Part shown: positions 9,543 to 16,919 of the stretch, in pieces | How the letters are laid out: each line of letters starts with the position of its first letter | Position numbering within the stretch: position 1 is the stretch's first letter | From: Chitinophagaceae bacterium | GTDB taxonomy: Bacteria > Bacteroidota > Bacteroidia > Chitinophagales > Chitinophagaceae | DNA length: 64,000 nucleotides | Assembly (NCBI GenBank): GCA_947372235.1 | Contig: CANBSW010000001.1 | Span: forward strand, 3,078-67,077 | Direction: 5' to 3' | Program-made: the position numbers and the translations under genes | Notes under the pieces: generated by a model | Seen by the model: only the letters and a program-made list of their open reading frames with translations | The model's database searches: none | What the model was told of the DNA's origin: nothing

Positions 9543-10820
9543 ATGCGCGATATTTTTTCACTGCAGAGTTGCAGCGGAGCATTGTTTTCGCGGAAAATAT
9601 GTTCTCTGCGAAAAAGTATATTACGCTGTGCATCTTTGGTTGGCTTTTGTTTGATAAGTATGACGGTATTCCCGCAGGCTATTACACCCAAAAAAGATAC
9701 GGCAGAACAGAGAGATCTGATTGATATCGCCAAACAAACCTTTCATTTTCACGCCAAAAAAATGCCGAAGAATGGTATAAAAAAAGTGTACTATTCTTTT
9801 TTGCCTTTCAGTACACAGATGCCGGGTGGTGGTAATGCTTTGGTTAGTGCCACCACTGCAGGTTTTTATTTGAGCGACAGAAAAAAAACATCTTTGTCAA
9901 CAGCTACCTTTTATCCTTACCTGACTTTAGTGGGCCGATTCGGTTACAGTTTACAAACCGGTTTATGGTTAAAAGAAAATAAATGGAATGTTTTGGGAGA
10001 TACACGATACCTGTATTATCCGCAAAATACTTGGGGTTTAGGAGGCAAAATGCCGAATGATCATAAGGTGGAAGTTCAATACAAATACATCCGTTTTTAC
10101 CAGACCTTTCTGCGGCAGATAGAACCCTATTTTTTAGCAGGCATAGGATATCACATCGATAACCATATTAATATACAAACCATTAATGATACCCTTGGTT
10201 TGCAAAAATTTACCGGATATGATTATGGAACAGAAACCGGTTCCACTTCTTTTTCAACCGGTATTTCTTTCAATGTATTGTATGACGGAAGAAAGAACGC
10301 GTTCAACCCATTGCCAGGTTATTATGGAAATCTGGTGTACCGGTTCAGCCCTAAATTTTTAGGTAGTAATAACAACTGGAATTCACTATACCTTGATCTT
10401 CGGCACTACATACCTTTTAGTACAACACAACAGAACATGCTTGCATTCTGGACATTTTACTGGACGGGTTTGAATGACAACACACCGTATCTTGACCTCC
10501 CCAGTATTGGCTGGGATCCTTATCAGCAGCGTTCCGGACGCGGTTTTGATCAGAACCGTTACCGTGGAAAAGGGTTGCTTTATTTTGAGACAGAATATCG
10601 CAAAGACATAACAGAGAATGGTTTATTCGGGTATGTATTGTTTGCCAATTTTAATAGCGTTACCGAAAAAAACAGCAGTCAATATGCGTATCTCCATATG
10701 GCAGCAGGAGGAGGCTTACGTATAAAATTCAACAAAGGTTCCGGTACAAATATGGGAATCGATTTTGGGGTTAGCAAAGGATATGCAGGTTTGTATTTTA
10801 ACCTTGGTGAAACTTTTTAG
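9543..10820 (+). CDS. Omp85 (BamA/TamA-type) beta-barrel without obvious POTRA domains
   Basis: YDGRKN-x-FNP-x-x-G, DLRHY, GRGFDQNRYRG (loop-6-like), E-YR and terminal NLGETF. The start position is uncertain. Confidence 0.8.
   Translation: MRDIFSLQSCSGALFSRKICSLRKSILRCASLVGFCLISMTVFPQAITPKKDTAEQRDLIDIAKQTFHFHAKKMPKNGIKKVYYSFLPFSTQMPGGGNALVSATTAGFYLSDRKKTSLSTATFYPYLTLVGRFGYSLQTGLWLKENKWNVLGDTRYLYYPQNTWGLGGKMPNDHKVEVQYKYIRFYQTFLRQIEPYFLAGIGYHIDNHINIQTINDTLGLQKFTGYDYGTETGSTSFSTGISFNVLYDGRKNAFNPLPGYYGNLVYRFSPKFLGSNNNWNSLYLDLRHYIPFSTTQQNMLAFWTFYWTGLNDNTPYLDLPSIGWDPYQQRSGRGFDQNRYRGKGLLYFETEYRKDITENGLFGYVLFANFNSVTEKNSSQYAYLHMAAGGGLRIKFNKGSGTNMGIDFGVSKGYAGLYFNLGETF
9553..9615. repeat. CGCAGAG/CTCTGCG-type palindromic element overlapping the 5' end of the Omp85 gene
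   Basis: TTTTTTCACTGCAGAGT...ATGTTCTCTGCGAAAAA, similar to 60385-60452. Confidence 0.5.
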
Positions 10821-10903
10821 AAGGCACTAAAAATAAAATATTACGAGGGAGCTCTAAATGAAACCCAGTTTGATCATTTTAAAATCTATTATTTAAAAAG
10901 AAT

Positions 10904-12007
10904 ATGGATACTATAAAAATACCATTCTACGCCAAAACAGCACTGATATTCATTTCGGGATATGCTTTTATTTATGCACTTTACCTTGGCCAGAATATTA
11001 TTGTACCTATTGTATATGCAACGCTGATTTCTATTCTCCTGAATCCAATTGTTAATTTTCTGGTCAGGAAAAAACTGAATAAAATACTGGCTATTTCGAT
11101 GGCAGTGATATTGGTTTTTTTAATTACAGCCTGCCTGCTTTATTTTATTTCTACCCAGATTTCAATGTTTGCTGAAACTTACCCGCAGCTTAAGGTAAAA
11201 ATGTTAACTACCAGTAATCAGGCAATTCATTCATTTTCTCAACATTTCAATATTAAAGAGAAAAAGGTCAATGAATGGATTCAGCATAATGAAGATATTA
11301 TTTTCAGCGATGCGGGTCTAATGGTTGGGCGAACCCTGCTTAATTTAAGCAGTACTTTTTTTGTTTTGTTATTACTCCCTGTCTATTTATTTATGATCCT
11401 GTATTATAAATCCCTGCTTCTTGAATTCATCCGTCGTTTATTCAGGGCAGAACACCATACTTCTGTTGCAGAAGTACTTAATAATACCAAAGTAATTATA
11501 CAAAGTTACCTGAAAGGGCTTTTAATTGAAGCATTAGTGATTGCAATACTTAATTCAGCCGGTTTGTTGTTACTTGGCGTTGAGTATGCAATTATACTGG
11601 GTGTTACCGGGGCATTGCTTAACGTAATTCCCTATATAGGAGGGGTGATTGCTATTGCTTTGCCTATGGTGATTGCATTTGTTACCAAGGATTCTGTTTC
11701 ATATCCTTTTCTGGTATTGGGGATCTATCTGCTTATTCAGTTTATCGATAATCACTACATTATTCCAATGGTGGTTGCATCCAAAGTAAAGATCAATGCA
11801 CTTGTTTCGGTGGTTGTTGTATTGGTAGGTGGGGCAATCTGGGGCATTCCCGGAATGTTCCTGTCAATTCCTCTTACCGCAATTTTGAAAGTTATTTTCG
11901 ATCATATTGAAATCCTGAAGCCATGGGGTTATTTGCTGGGCAACATTGAACCGAGTGCCAGTAAGTTCACATTACGTAAAATGAGAAAAATCAATGAAAA
12001 AAAATAA
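10904..12007 (+). CDS. AI-2E family transporter
   Basis: Multi-TM; IPYIG, QFIDNHYIIPMVV and WGIPGMFLSIP motifs. Confidence 0.92.
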   Translation: MDTIKIPFYAKTALIFISGYAFIYALYLGQNIIVPIVYATLISILLNPIVNFLVRKKLNKILAISMAVILVFLITACLLYFISTQISMFAETYPQLKVKMLTTSNQAIHSFSQHFNIKEKKVNEWIQHNEDIIFSDAGLMVGRTLLNLSSTFFVLLLLPVYLFMILYYKSLLLEFIRRLFRAEHHTSVAEVLNNTKVIIQSYLKGLLIEALVIAILNSAGLLLLGVEYAIILGVTGALLNVIPYIGGVIAIALPMVIAFVTKDSVSYPFLVLGIYLLIQFIDNHYIIPMVVASKVKINALVSVVVVLVGGAIWGIPGMFLSIPLTAILKVIFDHIEILKPWGYLLGNIEPSASKFTLRKMRKINEKK

Positions 12008-12046
12008 CTGTGTTTTAGGTTTTACAAAAACCAATGAAACTGATAA

Positions 12047-12111
12047 TGTGATTTATGTAATATTCTGCAAAAATCATGTAAGTACATTAATATCAGAATA
12101 GTTCAACTTTA
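12047..12111 (+). promoter_or_regulatory. Shared promoter motif, copy 4
   Basis: TGTGATTTATGTAA(12047-12060)-N16-TGTAA(12077)-N22-CAACTTTA(12104). Confidence 0.75.
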
Positions 12112-12179
12112 CTGTAACATCATTCCATCATAAGGGTAATGATAACAAAGACTTTATCTGATTGTTAAACATAAAAATT

Positions 12180-12695
12180 ATGATAATAAAAAAAGTAGTA
12201 GTAGCCCTTGCAATGATTTCTGTGATGGCAGCATGTAATAGTAAACCAAAAGAAGTTGCAGTAGTGGTTGATACTACTGCGATTAAACAAAAAGCAATTT
12301 TTGATGAACAGGCCAGGGTTACATCTGAAGAAGAAGCCCGCCAAAAACTGGCACTGGAAAAAAGAAGGGAGCACCGCAGAGAAAATGAAGAATCTGCTTC
12401 TTCATCCAATGTTGGTAACAGTGGCACACCTGTAAATGCAGGTTCCGGAACTTCTTCTGAAGCTGCTCCTGCAAAAAAAGGATGGAGCTCTGCAGCCAAA
12501 TCAACGGCTATAGGTGCCGGTGCCGGTGCTATTGCAGGTGGAATTATTGGCCATAATCTTGGTGGTGCTGCTATTGGTGCTGCGGTAGGTGGTGGTACCG
12601 GTTATTTGATCGGTAGAGCTAAAGACAGAAAATCAGGAAGGGTGGTAAAAAAAGTCAAACCCGTTAAACCGGTCGAACCACCTGTCGAACAATAA
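12180..12695 (+). CDS. YMGG-like glycine-zipper lipoprotein
   Basis: Lipobox MAAC; KKGWSSAAKSTAIGAGAGAIAGGIIG...GAAIGAAVGGGTGYLIGRAKD. Confidence 0.88.
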   Translation: MIIKKVVVALAMISVMAACNSKPKEVAVVVDTTAIKQKAIFDEQARVTSEEEARQKLALEKRREHRRENEESASSSNVGNSGTPVNAGSGTSSEAAPAKKGWSSAAKSTAIGAGAGAIAGGIIGHNLGGAAIGAAVGGGTGYLIGRAKDRKSGRVVKKVKPVKPVEPPVEQ

Positions 12696-12775
12696 ATAAC
12701 GGATATCTAATACCATTTCGATATTAATATTAGTCTATACAAACTCTGATAGTCTGTATGTCGTAAAGAAAATTT

Positions 12776-12814
12776 GCCACAGAATACACGAAAAAGTCTG
12801 TGCTAATCTGTGGT
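12776..12814. repeat. GCCACAGA/ATCTGTG palindromic family, degenerate copy
   Basis: GCCACAGAATACACG...TCTGTGCTAATCTGTGG. Confidence 0.65.
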
Positions 12815-12843
12815 GTTTTTAAAAATTCTAATTGATATAAAAG

Positions 12844-12907
12844 TGCGAAACATATAATTTATTGAAGGGGATCTGTAACATTTTTTACTGTAATAAAGTA
12901 ATCTTTG
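12844..12907 (+). promoter_or_regulatory. Shared promoter motif, copy 5 (variant spacing)
   Basis: TGCGAAACATATAA(12844-12857)-N16-TGTAA(12874)-N21-AATCTTTG(12900). Confidence 0.55.
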
Positions 12908-13002
12908 TTAGTCATCTTACTCTAATCCTATTTACTTTTTGATAAAATCTGTTTGTAGCATATTGGTTTAAAATATATCCACATCACTTTTAAATAATTA
13001 CC

Positions 13003-13296
13003 ATGAAAAATTTATTGCATCGTTGCGGAATTAAAACCTGTATAACATTAATCATTGTTTTTTTCTTTCAGGCAGTTGTTCTTGCCCAGAATACCAAAGT
13101 TGAAATAAACGGTAATGATGTGGGCAGTTGGTTTTCGCAGAATTGGATCTGGATAACTGCACTGGTTGCTTTTCTGATCATTATTTTAATATTCAGTGCC
13201 ACCAGCAACAGGCGTAGCAGGAGCAAAACCACAATTTACAAAAACCATGATGGCAAAGTTGTTCAAACAACTACTACAGAAACAGAAACGGATTAG
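13003..13296 (+). CDS. Small hypothetical membrane protein
   Basis: Signal-like N-terminus, TM segment WIWITALVAFLIIILIF, polar TTTTE tail. Confidence 0.75.
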   Translation: MKNLLHRCGIKTCITLIIVFFFQAVVLAQNTKVEINGNDVGSWFSQNWIWITALVAFLIIILIFSATSNRRSRSKTTIYKNHDGKVVQTTTTETETD

Positions 13297-13317
13297 AAAT
13301 CTGACAACCTCAAAATA

Positions 13318-14946
13318 CTATACCTGAAATACACCCATCTTAAAATCAGCAATATCTTTATTTTGATTAGCTGCGGTAATTCCTTCAGCTATCACTTTTC
13401 TGGTATCCATTGGATCAATGATATTATCAACCCATAAACGTGCAGCAGCATAATATGGAGAAGTTTGTTTTTCATAACTGGCTTTAATCCTATCGAGTAA
13501 TGCTTTTTCCTCTTCAGCACTTACTTCTTTGCCTTTCGCTTTCATAGTAGCCACCTGAATTTGTAATAATGTTTTTGCAGCCTGGTCGCCACCCATTACA
13601 GCAATTTTGGCAGAAGGCCATGCATAAATAAACCGGGGGTCATACGCTTTCCCACACATGGCATAATTACCGGCTCCATAACTATTGCCAATAATGATCG
13701 TGATCTTGGGTACCACAGAATTAGCTACTACATTCACCAGTTTGGCACCGTCTTTAATAATGCCACTATGTTCACTTCGGCTGCCAACCATAAAGCCGGT
13801 AACATCCTGTAAGAAAACCAGGGGTATTTTTTTCTGGTTGCAATTCATGATAAATCGGGCAGCTTTATCAGCACTGTCGTTATAGATCACACCCCCAATC
13901 TGCATTTCGCCTTTTTTGTTTTTGCTTACCATACGCTGATTGGCAACAATTCCAACTGCCCATCCTTCAATACGAGCATATCCACACAAAATAGTTTTGC
14001 CATAGTCTTCTTTAAACTGGTCAAACTCACTGTTATCAACTATCCGCTCAATAATTTCCAGCATATCATACGGCTTTACATTTCCTTCGTGAAGGATGCT
14101 GTAAATTTCATTGGGTTCTTTTTTGGGTGTGGCAGGTGCAACCCTGTTAAATCCGGCATTCTCTGGATCGCCCAGTTTGTTCATGATCTTTTTGATATGA
14201 TCAAGACATTCCTGTTCAGTTTTAAATTTATAATCTGCTATTCCACTAATCTCTGTATGCGTTACAGCTCCGCCAAGTGTTTCATTGTCTATTTCTTCTC
14301 CAATGGCAGCTTTTACCAGATAGGCCCCAGCTAAAAAAATACTGCCATTGCCTTCAACCATCAATGTTTCGTCACTCATGATAGGCAGATAAGCGCCGCC
14401 CGCTACACAGGCACCCATTACTGCTGCAATTTGTGTGATACCCATGGCACTCATTTTTGCATTGTTGCGGAATACCCGGCCAAAATGTTCCTTATCAGGA
14501 AAGATCTCATCCTGCATTGGGAGAAAAACACCGGCACTATCTACCAGATAGATGATAGGCAATTTATTTTCCATGGAGATTTCCTGCATTCGCAGATTCT
14601 TCTTTCCTGTGATTGGAAACCAGGCCCCCGCCTTTACTGTTTGGTCATTGGCTACAATGATGCATTGTCTGCCACTAACATATCCTATTCCGGCTACTGT
14701 TCCTCCACAAGGACAACCGCCTTGTTCCTCATACATATCAAAACCCGCAAATGCACCGATTTCTAAAAAGGGTTTATCTGTATCACACAAATATTCAATC
14801 CTTTCGCGGGGAGTTAGTTTATTACGTTCGTGTTGTTTTTCAATTGCTTTTTTGCCTCCGCCTAATTTGATCTTTTCAAAATGTTGTTTGGCTTGGCTAA
14901 CTGCCATTTTCATCCAGTCTTCATTACGGTTATTCTCAAGATTCAT
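13318..14946 (-). CDS. Acyl-CoA carboxylase carboxyltransferase beta subunit (3-methylcrotonyl/propionyl-CoA type)
   Basis: LTPRERI, LVDSAG-x-x-LP, CVAGGAY, GFMVG, SYGAGNYAMCG and YYAAARLWVD motifs. Confidence 0.93.
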   Translation of the reverse strand: MNLENNRNEDWMKMAVSQAKQHFEKIKLGGGKKAIEKQHERNKLTPRERIEYLCDTDKPFLEIGAFAGFDMYEEQGGCPCGGTVAGIGYVSGRQCIIVANDQTVKAGAWFPITGKKNLRMQEISMENKLPIIYLVDSAGVFLPMQDEIFPDKEHFGRVFRNNAKMSAMGITQIAAVMGACVAGGAYLPIMSDETLMVEGNGSIFLAGAYLVKAAIGEEIDNETLGGAVTHTEISGIADYKFKTEQECLDHIKKIMNKLGDPENAGFNRVAPATPKKEPNEIYSILHEGNVKPYDMLEIIERIVDNSEFDQFKEDYGKTILCGYARIEGWAVGIVANQRMVSKNKKGEMQIGGVIYNDSADKAARFIMNCNQKKIPLVFLQDVTGFMVGSRSEHSGIIKDGAKLVNVVANSVVPKITIIIGNSYGAGNYAMCGKAYDPRFIYAWPSAKIAVMGGDQAAKTLLQIQVATMKAKGKEVSAEEEKALLDRIKASYEKQTSPYYAAARLWVDNIIDPMDTRKVIAEGITAANQNKDIADFKMGVFQV

Positions 14947-14997
14947 TGCGAACGATTGTTAGTATTGCAAATATAGCTTGTAGTAAGTTATGAAAAA

Positions 14998-15103
14998 GCA
15001 AATGAATATCGAACAGATGAACAAGGAACAGATGAATGATGAAGTGGAAAAATAATATTTACTTCATCATTCATCTGCTCCTTGTTCAATATTCATCTGT
15101 TGC
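14998..15103. repeat. GAACAGATGAATGATGAAGT-family inverted-repeat element
   Basis: Left arm ...GAACAAGGAACAGATGAATGATGAAGT (to 15045) pairs with right arm ACTTCATCATTCATCTGCTCCTTGTTC (from 15061). Confidence 0.8.
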
Positions 15104-15123
15104 TTTTTCTTTATATTTATTCT

Positions 15124-16725
15124 ATGCCTTACGATTACATCATCATTGGAGCCGGTTCAGCAGGTTGTGTGCTGGCTAATCGCTTAACCGAAGATTCAAA
15201 CTGCACGGTACTGTTACTTGAAGCCGGTGGAGCGGATAATAAAACAGAGATCCATATACCGGGAGCTTATACCAAACTGAACCATTCGGAGGTTGACTGG
15301 GCATTTTGGACAGAGCCCCAGAAATATATCGGCAATCGCAAATTATATATTCCCCGTGGTAAAACATTGGGCGGATGTAGTTCTACCAATGCCATGGCGT
15401 ATGTGCGGGGTAATAAAGAGGATTACAATGAATGGGCGGCATTAGGTAATGCCGGATGGAGTTATGAGGAGGTATTGCCTTATTTTAAAAGATCTGAAAA
15501 TCATGAACAATTTGGTGAACCTTATCACGGAGAAACCGGGCCATTGAATGTTACACTATCTAAACAGCCAAGTGAATTGGGGCCCGTATTTGTTGAAGCC
15601 TGCGCTGAATGCGGTATTCCAATCAACAATGATTATAACGGAGAGAACCAACTCGGCGCCAGCATGATGCAGTTCACTATTAAGAATAACAAACGTCATA
15701 GTACAGCTACTGCATTTCTTAAGCCTGCTATGAAACGCTCTAATCTTACGGTAAGAACCAATGTACATGTTAGTTGCATTTTAATAGAAGATGGAAGGGC
15801 CGTTGGGGTAGAGGTAATTACTTCTCATTCCAATTCAGAGCGTATCAATTGTGCAAAGGAGGTAATTCTATCAGCGGGTGCCATTCAATCCCCGCAGATC
15901 TTAATGTTATCCGGTATCGGCGATCCTGCTGAGTTAAGTAAACAGGGTATTGATATCAAATTTCCATTACCCGGCGTTGGTAAAAACCTTCAGGATCATG
16001 TATGGACGGGTGTTAGCAGCCTTTCAAATGTGCCTACCGGTAATTCGTTGCTAACTCCCATTAATATGACGAAAGCCGTTCTGCAACATTTGCTGTTAAA
16101 GAGCGGCCCATTGGGAAACAGTCCGCTGGAAGCCAATGCTTTTATTAAAACCGATCCTGATAAAAACCGTCCGGATATACAATTTCATTTTGTGCCCTTG
16201 GGAATCAATGATGATTATTCAACGGATATTTATAATATCAAAACATTTTCTACGCGCGACGGGTTCAGTATCATGTCAATTCTGCTTAGGCCTGAAAGCA
16301 GGGGTTATATTGGATTAAAAAGTTCCAAATCTAAGGATGCGCCAGTAATTAACCCCAATGTTCTGTCTACCGGAAATGATCGAAAAGTGTTATTGAAAGG
16401 CCTAAAAAAGGCAATAGAAGTGATCAGTTCCAAAACACTGCAGGGATATTCTACAGATGGGGTTTCCTTACCAAAAGAACTCGATGATACTGCTTTGCTG
16501 GCTCACATAGATCAAAGTCTCGAAACCCTTTATCACCCTGTAGGAACCTGTAAAATGGGAAAGGATGCCATGGCAGTGGTAGACAGTTCGCTCCGTGTAC
16601 ATGGAGTTAAATGTTTACGGGTAGTGGATGCATCCATTATGCCAACAATCGTTTCCGGTAATACCAATGCCGCTGCAATAATGATAGGAGAAAAGGGATC
16701 AGATCTGATCAAAATGGGAGTATAA
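15124..16725 (+). CDS. GMC-family FAD oxidoreductase (choline dehydrogenase-like)
   Basis: YDYIIIGAGSAG, PRGKTLGGCSSTNAM, GVGKNLQDH, YHPVGTC and NTNAAAIMIGEK motifs. Start ATG 15124. Confidence 0.92.
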   Translation: MPYDYIIIGAGSAGCVLANRLTEDSNCTVLLLEAGGADNKTEIHIPGAYTKLNHSEVDWAFWTEPQKYIGNRKLYIPRGKTLGGCSSTNAMAYVRGNKEDYNEWAALGNAGWSYEEVLPYFKRSENHEQFGEPYHGETGPLNVTLSKQPSELGPVFVEACAECGIPINNDYNGENQLGASMMQFTIKNNKRHSTATAFLKPAMKRSNLTVRTNVHVSCILIEDGRAVGVEVITSHSNSERINCAKEVILSAGAIQSPQILMLSGIGDPAELSKQGIDIKFPLPGVGKNLQDHVWTGVSSLSNVPTGNSLLTPINMTKAVLQHLLLKSGPLGNSPLEANAFIKTDPDKNRPDIQFHFVPLGINDDYSTDIYNIKTFSTRDGFSIMSILLRPESRGYIGLKSSKSKDAPVINPNVLSTGNDRKVLLKGLKKAIEVISSKTLQGYSTDGVSLPKELDDTALLAHIDQSLETLYHPVGTCKMGKDAMAVVDSSLRVHGVKCLRVVDASIMPTIVSGNTNAAAIMIGEKGSDLIKMGV

Positions 16726-16919
16726 ACCTTGAGAAATCGATTGACTGTAAGAAGATTATATTGGTTTTAAAGCTAACCCGACCGCTTTTATCTATCAATC
16801 CTTCCTTTTTACCGAATTGTGTTCTTATTACACATTGTTTTATTACTTTAGCTACCCTAAATCTCAGCAACTTGGCCACAAAGAAATTAACGATTGCATC
16901 TGATCCTGCAGGAAAAGCT

